Below are positions 52,330 to 63,839 of a stretch of DNA of 64,000 nt, piece after piece (position 1 is the stretch's first letter; every line of letters starts with the position of its first letter). This DNA is from Okamejei kenojei (taxonomy: Eukaryota): contig CM069142.1 of assembly GCA_035221665.1 (NCBI GenBank), forward strand, positions 58,280,001-58,344,000, in the 5' to 3' direction. A program made the translations under genes and the position numbers. The notes under the pieces were generated by a model. It worked only from the letters and a program-made list of their open reading frames with translations. It was not told where the DNA came from and ran no database searches.

Positions 52330-53115
52330 TGATGGAGTTGCGTCCAGAGGTCCAGAATATTCATGTAGATTTATGAGGTTAAATTCTACCACAAGGCAGT
52401 TGGGGAATTTAGAACAGCACGGCACAGGAACAAACCCTTTGACCCACAATATCTGTACCAAACTAATTATTTCTGCACGTTCTCCATATCACTCTATCCC
52501 TGCACACCCATGTGTCTAAAAGGCACTTAATTGCCACTATCGTATCTGCTTCCACCCACCAACCTAGCAGCACATTCCAGGCACTAACCACCTCAGTGTA
52601 AAAAAATGTACACCGTGCATTGCCTTTAAACTATCCCTCTCTCATTTTAAAGCGATGCCCCCTAGTATTGGACATTGCCACTCTGGGAAAAAACATACAG
52701 ATTGTTTACTCTATCTATGTCTTTCATAATTTTATAAACTTCTATCAGGTCTCGCCTTAGCTTCCGGCACACCAAAGAAAATAATCAAATTTTGCCCGAC
52801 CTTACAGTAAATACCTTCTAATCCAAGCAACATGCTGGTAAAGCTCCACTGCACCCACTACAAAACTCGCACCTACTTCCACTAATGGGGCGACCAGAAC
52901 TGCACACTATAAGGCTGCACATAGCAAACTCAAGATCAAGCAGGTGAATAAAGCTAGAGATATAAAAAGTAGTGGTCACTGTGAAACTACCAGATTGTCA
53001 GAAATGCAACTTAATCAAATTCACTCATTTCCTTTGGGAAGGAAATCTACCATTTTAAGATGGTCTGAACTATATGTGACTTCAGGCAAACCAAACATTG
53101 AAACTTAACTACCCT
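52330..53115 (+). mobile_element. Old SINE-like element split by a CR1 insertion (5' part 52330-52411, 3' part ~52940-53115)
   Basis: ggttaaattctaccacaaggcagttggggaattt ... gtggtcactgtgaaactaccagattgtc...ttcactcatttcctttgggaaggaaatctac...tatatgtgacttcag resembles a recurrent elasmobranch SINE; recognition is from memory. Confidence 0.45.
52412..52910 (-). mobile_element. Degenerate CR1 3' fragment
   Basis: agaacagcacggcacaggaacaaaccctttgacccaca tail region and gaccagaactgcacac (CVQFWS-like on minus). Confidence 0.75.
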
Positions 53116-53119
53116 GAAG

Positions 53120-53299
53120 ATGTAGAAACAAGGAACTGCAGATGTTGGTTTACAAACAATGACACAAAGTACTAGAGTAATTCAGCGGGTCATGCAGCAT
53201 CTCTGAAGAACTAGGATAAGTGATGTTTCAGGATGGAATCTTTCTTCAGAAGAGTCTTGACCCAAAACACCCATGTTCTCCATAGATTCTGCCAGACTT
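53120..53299. mobile_element. Palindromic Penelope-like short repeat
   Basis: gtagaaacaaggaactgcagatg...gacacaaagt...cagcatctctg...ttcttcagaagagtcttgacccaaaac. Confidence 0.6.
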
Positions 53300-53301
53300 A
53301 A

Positions 53302-53420
53302 GAGGGCAGCACAGTGGTGCAGCAGTGGAGTTGCTGCTTTACGGCACCAGAGACCCATGTCAAATCCTGACTACGGGTGCTGTCTGTATGGAATTTGTAC
53401 ATTCTCCCTGTGACCATGTA
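53302..53420 (+). mobile_element. tRNA-derived V-SINE (HE1-like), 5' part
   Basis: A-box-like gtggtgcagcagtgg, degenerate B-box, and V-domain-like gtatggaatttgtacattctccctgtgacc. Confidence 0.75.
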
Positions 53421-53444
53421 GTTTACTTGATAGGATTTTTTTCT

Positions 53445-53827
53445 ATCATAGAATCATAGAGTCATGGAGTCACAGAGTGACACAGTGTGGAAACGGGCTC
53501 TTCGGCCCACCTTGCCCACACCGGCCAACATGTCCCAGCTACTCTAGTCCCACCTGCCCGTGTTTGGTCTATATCCCTCCAAACCTGTCCTATCCATATA
53601 CCTGTCTAACTGTTTCTTAAATGTTGGGATAGTCCCTGCCTCAACTACCTCCTCTGGCAGCTTGTTCCATACACCCACCACCCTTTGCGTGAAAAAGTTA
53701 CCCCTCAAATTCCTATTAATTTTTTTCCCCTTCACCTTAAACCTATGTCCTCTGGTCCTTGAGTCACCTACTCTGGGCAAGAGACTCTGTGCATCTACCC
53801 GATCTATTCCTCTCATGATTTTATACA
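53445..53827 (-). mobile_element. CR1 3' fragment
   Basis: YKIMRGIDRVD...RTRGHRFKVKG...FFTQRVVGVWNKLPEEVVEA peptide; (catagagt)-type tail. Confidence 0.9.
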
Positions 53828-54209
53828 TTAAAATCACTACATTATCAAATAAAAGTATTGTTGTAAAATAAAAGTGGGACAGGCCCTTTACTCTTCAATT
53901 TTAGTATTTGGCAGAGAACCCTAACCTCTGTGCAGGAAAGCTTCAGTAATGGCAGAGAGCCCTGTGAAACCTGTCACCACATCATGCACCAACATAATGT
54001 TGTCTCTCGTAAACAATTGAGGCTGCAAAGATTGTCGGCCAGTTCCTCCAGGATGTAATCAGTTCCTTTATTATCTGATTAAAATAACACCACAGCTTAA
54101 TGTTGCTGCCAATGTCAAGGCCAGAAATTGCCCACTTTTTTGCTGTGGTGTTTTCCTTTGAAATTTAGCTCCAACAGTTGTTAATTGTGTCCTCCTTTTC
54201 ATCTACCAT

Positions 54210-57022
54210 AGCACTGTCCGTGAGACGTGGCTGCAGGAGGAACGGGCCTGGGAACTTAATATTCAGGGTTATACATCCTATAGAAAGGACAGGCAGGTGG
54301 GCAGAGGAGGGGGGTAGCTCTGCTGGTGAGGGATGGAATTCAGTCCCTTGCGAGGGAAGACATATGGACTGACGAGGTAGAATCACTTTGGATTGAGTTG
54401 AGGAATTGTAAAGGCAAGAAGACACTAATTGGTGTTATTTACAGACCCCCAAATAGTAGCCCAGGTGTAAGTTGCAGCAGGAGTTAAAACTGGCATGTAA
54501 CAAAGGTAATACCACTGTGGTGATGGGGGATTTCAATATGCAGGTAGACTGGGAAGATCAGGTTGGTTCAGGACCCCAAGAAAGAGAGTTTGTAGAATGT
54601 CTCCGAGATGGATTCTTAGAGCAGCTTCTAATGGAGTCGACCAGAGAAAAGGCAATTCTGGATTTAGTGTTGTCCAATGAACCAGATATGATAAAGAGAA
54701 CTCAAGGTAAAGGAACCGCTTGGAGGTATTGATCCTAATATGATTAGTTTTAATCTACAATTTGAGAAGGAGAACGTTAAATCGGAAGTGGCAGTGATGC
54801 AGTTGAACAAAGGGGACTATGAAGGCATGAGAGGGGAGCTGGCCAAAGTAGACTGGAAAGGGATCCTAGCAGGAATGACGGTGGAACAGCAATGGCTGGA
54901 ATTTCTGGGCATAATCCGGAAGACTCAAGATCGTTTCATTCCAAAAAAGAAGAAAGATTCTAAGGGGAGTAGGAGGCAACCGTGGCTGACAAGAGAAGTT
55001 AGGGATAGAATAAAACTAAAAGAAAAGATGTATAACACAGCAAAGAGTAGCTGGAAGCCAGAGGATTGGGAAACTTTCATAGGACAACAGAAGGAAACAA
55101 AATGGGCAATACGGGCTGAAAAGATGAAGTATGAGGGGAAACTGGCCAGGAATATAAAGAAGGACAGTAAAAGCTTATTTAGATATGTTAAGGGAAAAAG
55201 AGTAGCAAAGTCAAATGTGGGTCCCTTGAAGGCAGACACGGGTGAAATAATTATGGGCAACAAGGAAATGGCAGAAGAGTTAAATAGGTACTTTGTATCT
55301 GTCTTCACTAAGGAGGACACAAACAATTTCCCAGATGTACTGAAGGGCAGAAGATCTAAGGGGGTAGAGGAACAGAAAGAAATTTTCATTTGACAAGAAA
55401 TAGTATAGGATATGCTAATGGGACTGAAGGATGATAAATCCCCTGGGCCTGATGGTCTGCATCCCAGGGTCCTCAGGGAGGTGGCGCTAGAAATAGTGGA
55501 CGCATTGGTGATCATTTTCCAATGTTCAATAGATTCAGGATCAGTTCCTGTGGATTGGAGGATAGCTAATGTTATCCCACTTTTCAAGAAAGGAGCGAGA
55601 GAGAAAAAACGGGGAATTACAGACCTGTTAGCCTGACTTCGGTGGTGGGAAAGATGCTGGAGTCAATTATTAAAGAGGTAATAATGGAGCATGTGGATAG
55701 CAGTAAAATGATTAGTCCAAGTCAACATGGATTTATGAAAGGGAAATCATGCTTGACTAATCTTCTGGAATTTTTTGAGGATGTGACAAGTAAAATGGAT
55801 GGTGCCAGTGGATGTAGTATATCTAGACTTTCAGAATGCCTTTGATAAGGTCCCGCACAGGAGACTGGTGACTAAAATTAGAGCACTTGGTATTGGGGGT
55901 AGGGTGTTGGCATGGATAGAAAATTGGTTGGCAGACCGGAAGCAAAGAGTAGCAGTGAATGAGTCCTTTTCAGAATGGCAGGCAGTGGCGAGTGGAGTGC
56001 CGCAAGGCTCGGTGTTGGGGCCGCAACTGTTTACCATATATATTAATGATTTGGAACAGGGAATTAGGAGCAACACTAGCAAGTTTGCGGATGACACAAA
56101 GCTGGGTGGCAGTGTGAACTGTGAAGAGGATGTTAGGAGGTTGCAGGGGGACCTGGACAGGTTGAGTGAGTGGGCAGATGCGTGGCAGATGCAGTATAAT
56201 ATAGATAAATGTGAGGTTATCCACTTTGGTGGCAAAAACAAGGGGGCAGATTATTATCTCAATGGGATTAGGTTTGGTAAGGGGGAGGTACAGAGAGACC
56301 TGTGTGTCCTTGTATACCAGTCGCTGAAAGTTGGTGTGCAGGTACAGCAGGCAGTGAAGAAAGTTAATGGAATGTTGGCCTTGTTAACAAGAGGATTTCA
56401 GTACAGGGGTAAAGAGGTTCTTCTGCAGTTGTGTCGGGCTCTGGTGAGACCACATCTGGAGTATTGTGTACAGTTTTGGTCTCCTATTTTGAGGAAGGAC
56501 ATCCTTGTGATTGAGGCAGTGTAGCGTAGGTTCATGAGATTGATCCCTGGGATGGCGGGACTGTCATATGAGGAAAGATTGAAAAGACTAGGCTTGTATT
56601 CTCTGGAGTTTAGAAGGATGAGGGGGAATCTTATAGAAACATATAAAATTATAAAAGGACTGGACAAGCTAAATGCAGGAAAAATGTTCCCAATGTTGGG
56701 TGAGTCCAGAACCAGGGGCCACAGTCTTAGAATAAAGGGGAGGTAATTTAAGACTGAGGTGAGAAAAAACCTTTTTACCCAGATAGTTGTGAATTTATGG
56801 AATTCCCTGCCACAGAGGGCAGTGGAGGCCAAATCACTGGATGGATTTAAGAGAGAGTTGGATAGTGCTCTAGGGGCTAGTGGAGTCAAGGGATATGGGG
56901 AGAAGGCAGGCACGGGTTAATGATAGGGCACGATCAGCCATGATCACAATGAATGGTGGTGCTGGCTCGAAGGGCCGAATGGCCTCCTCCTGCAACTATT
57001 TTCTCTGTTTCTATGTTTCTAT
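54210..57022 (+). mobile_element. CR1 LINE with most of ORF2 (APE endonuclease and RT), multiply disrupted
   Basis: ETWL, GVIYRPP, MGDFN, ILDLVL (APE); KSPGPDG, DFQNAFDKVPH, GVPQGSVLGP, KFADDTKL (RT); 3' UTR with (tttctatg)n tail. Confidence 0.95.
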
Positions 57023-57309
57023 GCCCACAAACATTACACGGAAAGGTGCCCAAGGGACCCAGAATAGAAAGGTTAATTTCAACGTGTGTCCCATGGAGAA
57101 ATATAAATACTTGCAGGGGAATTTCCAGAGCTGAAAGGCATGGCCAACAAGTTGGAAGGCAAAGAGTAGGGTATGGTTTTAAGTCTAAAGTTGGGGGACT
57201 TTGGGGGAGCGTAACTCCAGGCCTCTTTGGAACGAGCTGCCAGAGAAGGAAGTTTAGGTTTAGGTTTATTATTGCCATGTCTACTGAGGTACAGTGAATA
57301 CAAATAAGG

Positions 57310-57650
57310 AAAAAAATACATAAATTGCTGGATTCAGCAGATCCGGCAGCATCTCTGGAGAACACGGATAGGAGACGTTTTGGGTCGGGACACTTCTTCA
57401 GCCTGGAGAAGAACCTCTTCAAAGTAGACATACTTGAACTATGTCTACTTTGAAGAAATTTCAGAGTAGAGCAGTAAAATGTAGACACAAGGAACTGCAG
57501 AACTGGTTTACAAAGACTGAAGAAGTTTGAAGAAGGGTCCCGACCTGAAACGTTGCTTACCCATGTTTCCCACAGAGACCTGACCTGATCAGTTACTACA
57601 GCATGTTGTGTCATTTTTTTGTAAATCAACATCTGCAGTTCCTTGCATAT
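57310..57650. mobile_element. Cluster of Penelope-like short repeats with CTGAAGA...GAAAC-like cores
   Basis: ggcagcatctctggagaacacggataggagacgttttgggtcgggacacttcttcag and tttgaagaagggtcccgacctgaaacgttg. Confidence 0.65.
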
Positions 57651-57939
57651 AAGGGATAATTAATGAAAACAAACTGCTGGCTGAGGATAATTCACTGACT
57701 TGACCACTCGTCTGAATTCATTGAACTTATGCAATGCAACACTGCATACGGGTCCTTAGGGTTGGACATCATTAGCTTCTGACCCCACTGACTTTGAAGT
57801 GTTTCAACAGGGACTCACCTTGACAACTATCAACATCCCTTCAATGAGCCCCTTTCCAAGTTCCCTAATGCAGCATCCAACAACCTTAGAACACGTTGAC
57901 TCCCATGTGCAGACATTTGTCAACATCTCAAATTCACTT

Positions 57940-59590
57940 AATATTATATGCCTTCATTTTTGCTTATACTGTATGCTGTCTTTGACTTCCTTTGTTGGCT
58001 GAAGTCACCTCATTCTCCCCTTAGTAATTATTTCTTCTTTGGAATGAAAAGATCCTGTCTCTTCCGAATTACTCCCAGAAATTCCTGCCCTTGCTGCTCC
58101 ACCATCATTCCTCCTGAGGTCCCTTTCCGATCAACTTTAGCCACCTCCTCCCTCACACCTCTGTAGTTACCTTTACTCAACAGTAATACAGATACATCAG
58201 ATTTCAGCTTCTCTTTCTCAAACTGCGGGTCGAAAAGGACTGGACAATCTAGATGCAGGAAAAATGTTCCCAATGTTGGGTGAGTCCAGAACCACGGGTC
58301 ACAGCCTTAGAATAAAGGGGAGGTCATTTAAGACAGAGGTGAGAAAAAGCTTTTTTACCCAGAGAGTTGTGAATTTATGGAATTCCCTGCCACAGAGGGC
58401 AGGCCAAGTCACTGGATGGATTTAAGAGAGAGTTGGATAGAGCTCTAGAGGCTAGTGGAGTCAAGGGATATGGGGAGAAGGCAGGCACGGGTTATTGATA
58501 GCGGACGATCAGCCATGATCACAATGAATGGCGGTGCTGGCTCGAAGGGCCGAATGGCCTCTTCCTGCACCTATTTTCTATGTTTCTATGAATTTTATCA
58601 TATTATGATCACTATTCATTACACAACACCAAATCCAGAATTGCCTTTTCCCTAGTGGGCTCAACCACAAGCTGCTCCAATAAGCCATCTCGTAGGCATT
58701 CTACAAATTCCTTCTCTTGGATCCAGTATCACCCTAATTTTATCTGCATATAGAATTCACCCATGTCCCTACTGTAACATTGCCTTTCCTACATGCCTTT
58801 TATATCTCCTGTTGTATTTAGTACCCTAGATCCTAGCTACTATTTGGAGACCTATATATCACTCCCATCAGGTTCTTTTACACTTGTAGTTTCATAACTC
58901 TACCCACAAGGATTCCACATCTTCTGATCCTATGTCATTTCTTGCTACGGTTTGGATTTCATTCCTTACCAACAGAGCCACCCCAGTCACTCTGCCCACC
59001 TGCCTTTTTGATAGGATGTGTATCCTTGAATGTCAGCTCCCAGCTCTGATCCTCGTTCAGCCGCGACCCTGTGATGCTTACAACGCTGTACCTGCCAATT
59101 TCTAACCGCACTATAAACTCTTCCATCCTGTTTTGTACACTGAATGCATTCAAATATAATACCTCCAGTCCTGTATTCATCACACATTTTCTCACATTGG
59201 TCTCCATGTTGCCTGATGTTAGACACTGACCCTTTTCTAAACTTTCTGTCCTATTTCTCATTCTGGAAACATTGGTAACCTCCTCTGCTCTCTCCTTCCC
59301 TTTAACTTAATCCACGGTTTTCCAAACTCTTGAACCCACCGCCCACCCACACTGTTTAGCTTAAAACCCTATCTACAGCCCAAGTTATGCAATTGGCCAG
59401 GACCCTGATCCCAGCACGGGTCAAGTGGAGTCCGTCCCACCAGAACAGCTCGCTCATTCCCCAATGCAGATGCCAATGTCCTCTTTTTATTGTTCTAACC
59501 TACATCATTGGTATACACATAGACCACAACATTAAACATGGATCTTTCCACACCCACTCCAAATCCCTCTGCAGTTCATTTGAGATGCCA
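57940..59590 (-). mobile_element. Degenerate CR1 (APE region and upstream), interrupted by a younger CR1
   Basis: LYLNAFSV, ITGSRL and QFEKEKLKSDVSVL...FIPKKK peptides; inverse homology to 54210-55100. Confidence 0.8.
58236..58590 (+). mobile_element. CR1 3' fragment nested in an older CR1
   Basis: Highly similar to 56655-57022; (tttctatg)n tail; host sequence resumes at aattttatcatattatg. Confidence 0.9.
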
Positions 59591-59779
59591 ATCCCTTCCT
59601 CTAGCCTCCGTCTAATATTAGAATCAGACAAGAAAGGTGTAGACTAACAGTTTCTGTACACGGACCTCCTTTTCTACACCCCTGACAATGTCAAATCAGT
59701 TGTTATTGCAGACACCCTGTGCCTTCCTCAAATTAGATCATTCGCTAATGGCTGTGACCGTTATTCAACAACAGTTGTG

Positions 59780-59910
59780 AAGGAAAGAACTGCAGGTCCT
59801 GGTTTACACCAAAGGTAGACACAAAATGCTGGAGTAACTCAGCGGGTCAGGCAGCATCTCTGGAGAGAAGGAATAGGCGAGGTTACGGGTTGAGACCCTT
59901 CTTCAGACCT
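59780..59910. mobile_element. Penelope-like short repeat
   Basis: gacacaaaatgctggagtaactcagcgggtcaggcagcatctctggag...gggttgagacccttcttcagac. Confidence 0.7.
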
Positions 59911-60046
59911 TTCTTCAATAACAGTTTTCGGTTTCAGACTTTCCAGCAGTGAATTTACCTGGCCTACCTGTATCTCGTATTGATTAAAGTGGAAGTTATA
60001 AAGACAACCAACGGCGAGCGTTTCACAAAAAGCTGTTCCCCACCAG

Positions 60047-60231
60047 AGGGCGGCTCAGTGGCGCAGCAGTGGAGTTGCTGCCTTACAGCGCCAAAGACCT
60101 GGGTTCAATCCTGACTATGGGTGCCATCTGTACAGAGTTTGTACGTTCTCCCTGTGACCGCGTGGATTTTCCCCCGGGTGCTCTGGTTTCCGAAGGGCCT
60201 GTTTACGCGCTGTATCTCTAAAGTCTAAAGT
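60047..60231 (+). mobile_element. V-SINE (HE1-like), internally deleted, with CR1-type tail
   Basis: gtggcgcagcagtgg A-box, gggttcaatcc B-box, gagtttgtacgttctccctgtgacc V-domain, (ctaaagt)n tail. Confidence 0.8.
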
Positions 60232-60972
60232 CATTAGCAGGACCATTTCAGAGGAACAATTTGCCCGCGTAACTAGGCAGGTGCTATCCAAATCTACATT
60301 CCTTTCTATTGACTGGTGATCTGATGCAGATAAACAGAAAATATCCCCCAGCATTAAGCATTATAAAAACTAAATAATCTATCTCATTGACATAATTACA
60401 AAGAAACATGTACATTTGCACAGTCATAAGATACAATACGATACGATAAATCTTTATTCATCCCCGGAGGGAAGTTGGTTTGCGGACTGTCACAACGCAC
60501 AAGGTGCACAAAAACTTGAAATTAAACGTGAAAACTAGATGAAAAAGTCAAGCAACTGTTGGCTGGCTGCCGTGTGCACAGCGCCTTTACCGGAACAAAT
60601 TAATAAACAAACAAACAAACACAGACTTATCCCCTGGGCAGAGGATTCTAAACTAGAGTCCCCCCCCCCCCCCCCCTTTGTTCTCCCACCGTCCCTCATA
60701 GAACAAGTTCTTCCTTTCCTTTAAGAACATAATCTCCCTTTTAAATAGAGGGTGTGTTGTTTAAAGAGATGAGGTAGAATGGCCAAAATCAAATAGTAGG
60801 ATGGATGAGAATGTGAAATATCGAGAAAGAATTTATATCGAGAAAGAAAATTCCATAGTGTAAGAGTGATTGAGTAGGTAATGTGAGTGGTGATATAAAG
60901 GAAAGAATGCAGAACCTAACAAATAAATGGTGGATGGAGTGAGAATAAGAGGTTCAGCAATGGACCAACAGC

Positions 60973-61265
60973 TTTTAGTTTAGAGATAAAGCGCGGTAAC
61001 AGGCGCTTCGGCTCACCGAGTCCGCACCGACCAGTGATCCCTGCACATTAAAGCTATCCTACACACACTGGGGGCAATTTACACTATACCAAGCCAATTA
61101 ACCCACAAACCTGTACCTCTTTGGAGTGTGGGAGGAAACCAAAGATCTCGGAGAAAACCCATGTGGTCACGGGGAGAACGTACAAACTCTGTACACACGG
61201 CATCCGTAGTCGGGATTGAACCTGTTTCTCCAGTGCTACAAGGCAGCAACTCTACCCCTGCGCTC
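60973..61265 (-). mobile_element. V-SINE (HE1-like)
   Basis: Reverse complement of the 60047 element, including ggttcaatccc and gagtttgtacgttctccccgtgacc. Confidence 0.8.
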
Positions 61266-61424
61266 CGTGCAGTACAACAGCCTTGATATAAAATTCATCT
61301 ACAGTCCAAGCACCCAGTCGAGCTCACTCAAAGCTATGAATGTGGATGAACTCATCTGTGACAAGCAGACTGTCAATGGCCACTGGAAAAAAACACTTTT
61401 AAGTATTCAAGTATTGTGTTCTGT

Positions 61425-61552
61425 TTTGCTCTACCCTGCTAGAGGAAGGATGTCCTTAAGTTGGAAAGCGTGCAGAGAAGATTAATGAGGATGATGCCAA
61501 GACGCAAGGGCCTGAGCTATAGGGAGAGGTTGAGCAGGCTATGACTTTATTC
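61425..61552 (+). mobile_element. Small CR1 RT fragment
   Basis: aggaaggatgtccttaagttggaaagcgtgcagagaagatt...gagctatagggagaggttgagcaggct. Confidence 0.7.
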
Positions 61553-61845
61553 CTTTAGTTTAATTTAGTTCAGTTTAGTTTAGAGATACAGCGTGGAAAC
61601 AGGCCCTTCAGCCCACCAAGTCCATGCCGACAGATGATTAGTCGTATACTAGCACTATACTCCACACTAGGAACAATTTAGAGAAGCCAATTAATCTACA
61701 AACCCACACGTCTTTGGAGTGTGGGAGGAAAATGGAGAACCCATAGGAGACCCGTAGGGAGAATGTACAAACTCTGTACAGACAGCACCCATAGTCAGGA
61801 ACGAACCCGGGTCTCTGGCGCTGTAAGGCAGCAACTGTGCCACCT
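61553..61845 (-). mobile_element. V-SINE (HE1-like)
   Basis: Minus strand ggtggcacagttgctgccttacagcgccagagacccgggttcgttcctgac...gagtttgtacattctccc; (ctaaa)n tail. Confidence 0.8.
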
Positions 61846-61874
61846 TCAAGAGTAGAAGGCTGAAGGGTTATCTT

Positions 61875-62548
61875 ACATAGAAACATAGAAATTAGGTGCA
61901 GGAGTAGGCCATTCAGCCCTTCGAGCCTGCACCCGCCATTCAATATGATCATGGCTGATCATCCAACTCAGTATCCCGTACCTGCCTTCTCTCCATACCC
62001 TCTGATCCTCTTAGCCACAAGGGCCACATCTAACTCCCTCTTAAATATAGCCAATGAACTGGCCTCAACTACCATCTGTGGCAGAGAGTTCCAGAGACTC
62101 ACCACTCTCTGTGTGAAAAAAGTCTTTCTCATCTCGGTCCTAAAGGATTTCCCCCTTATCCTTGAGCTGTGACGACCTTTTCCTGGACTTCCCCAACATC
62201 GGGAACAATCTTCCTGCATCTAGCCTGTCCAACACCTTAAGAATTTTATAAGTTTCTATAAGATCCCCTCTCAATCTCCTAAATTCTAGAGAGTATAAAC
62301 CGAGTCTATCCAGTCTTTCTTCATAAGACAGTCCTGGCATCCCAGGAATCAGTCTGGTGAACCTTCTCTGCACTCCCTCTGTGGCAATAATGTCCTTCCT
62401 CAGATTTGGAGACCAAAACTGTACGCAATACTCCAGGTGTGGTCTCACCAACTGAAGTAGAACCTCCCTGCTCCTATACTCAAATCCTTTTGCTATGAAA
62501 GCTAACATACCATTCGCTTTTTTCATTGCCTGCTGCACCTGCATGCCT
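61875..62548 (-). mobile_element. CR1 3' part (continues at 63840-64000 beyond the LTR insertion)
   Basis: QVQQAMKKANGMLAFI...RPHLEYCVQFWSP peptide; (tttctatg)n tail. Confidence 0.92.
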
Positions 62549-62695
62549 TCTACATCCTTCCTCTACCAAAACAAACAGTGAGTGACATGTGTGGGTGATA
62601 TGTGTGTACACCTTTAATTGATAGTAACGATGTCCATGCTAACCACTCCCCCACCAGTTAGTATAATTGTAACCCACGCGCCCCTAGCTCGCTCT

Positions 62696-63554
62696 GAGAA
62701 GAGTCAGGGTCAGACGGGGGAAGATCATCGTGCTGGAGATGGGAACCAGACGCTGAATCATCACGTGTCAGGTGGCGAGACGGTCTCTGCTGTGGCTGTG
62801 CAGGGTTCCCACAGGAACGGCATGCAGCCGAGAAGTGGTTGGGCTTGTTGCAGAAATTACAGGTTTTCCCCAACGCCGGGCACACATTAAAACGGTGTGA
62901 GACAAAGTTACAATTTGGACATCGTTGAGGCGGTCTGAAGCCCTGCAGTGGTCTTACCCTCTGTCGCCGGGGAGCATTGTACTGGGGACCAGCGAGACTG
63001 GCTGTGTGGACCACAGGGTCAGGTACAGCGGAGGAGACAGCCTCAGCTAAACGAGAGGCATGCAGCGCCTCATCGAATGTCAGATCAGGCTTACGCAGCA
63101 GCTCAGAGCGCAGCTTATCATCCCGTAGACCAAAGACCAAGATGTCACGGGTCAAAGTATCAGGGGTCAGAACATGCAGGTCACATCAGCGAGCCAGTTG
63201 GCGCAGCACGGCCACGAAATTGTCAATAGATTCCCCAGGGTTCAGGCATCTGGAGAACAGTTTGAAATGCTCTAAGATGTGGTTAGTGGGAAGGTCACAC
63301 ATCGCCGTAAATTTAGCAAGCAGGCAATCAGGGTCCTGGATATTCTCGCCCTGCCCATAGATGAACGACTCCGAATGCTCGAGCGCTTCGGGACCAGCCA
63401 GGTTAAGCAGCAGGGAAGCCTTGACAGTGGGGGCCACAGCAGGGTGGGCGATGGTAACATAATGCTCAAAGTCCCGTCGGAACACACTCCAGCGATGAGT
63501 GATGTCTGCATCAAAGACTAGGATGTCAGGTTTACGACAGGCAGAAGCCATCAC
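62696..63554 (-). pseudogene. gag: Gypsy gag with one in-frame stop and 3' truncation
   Basis: ORFs 63186..63554 and 62658..63155 are in the same frame, separated by one TGA. Motifs ASLLLNLAG, NPGESIDNF, RDILVFGLRD and CPNCNFVSHRFNVCPALGKTCNFCNKPNHFSAAC. Confidence 0.85.
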
Positions 63555-63619
63555 GGCACAGGGAGGGGGTACTGGGACTAAGAAAATAATACGCGATAGA
63601 CCGGAGACGCAGAAAGAAG

Positions 63620-63633
63620 CACTTCTGACACCA
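63620..63633 (-). promoter_or_regulatory. Primer-binding site complementary to the tRNA-Leu 3' end
   Basis: Minus strand TGGTGTCAGAAGTG, the complement of CACTTCTGACACCA (vertebrate tRNA-Leu-CAA 3' end, from memory). Confidence 0.8.
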
Positions 63634-63836
63634 TGTAGAAAATGTACACAGCCACCTTAAAGTCTTCACTACTTTATTTAGCATACATTATACATAGCCC
63701 TGGCTGTACGTGGTCTGTCACGATCACTAGAGAGAGAGCTAGGGGCGTGTGGGTTACAATTATACTAACTGGTGGGGGAGTGGTTAGCATGGACATCGTT
63801 ACTATCAATTAAAGGTGTACACACATATCATCTACA
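63634..63836 (-). repeat. 5' LTR of the Gypsy element
   Basis: TG...CA ends with 6-bp inverted termini (TGTAGA/TCTACA), internal AATAAA, directly followed by the PBS. Confidence 0.85.
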
Positions 63837-63839
63837 GTA

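Larger units (their letters stand above)
62549..63836 (-). mobile_element. Rearranged, internally deleted Gypsy (Mag-like) LTR retrotransposon
   Basis: 203-bp LTR TGTAGA...TCTACA (63836-63634), PBS, gag with two CCHC knuckles, PPT (GGTAGAGGAAGGA) followed by TGTAGA at 62554-62549; no pol. Confidence 0.88.

Noticed and set aside
57812-57940. Donor-like AAG|GTGAGT on the minus strand
   Set aside because: No convincing acceptor or recognisable peptide upstream.
60430-60720. (gatac)n tail and poly-C tract, possibly a LINE 3' remnant
   Set aside because: Too little sequence to assign a family without a database search.
53302-61845. tRNA genes at A/B-box-like sequences
   Set aside because: They are tRNA-derived SINE heads followed by a V-domain and LINE-like tails, with no complete cloverleaf.
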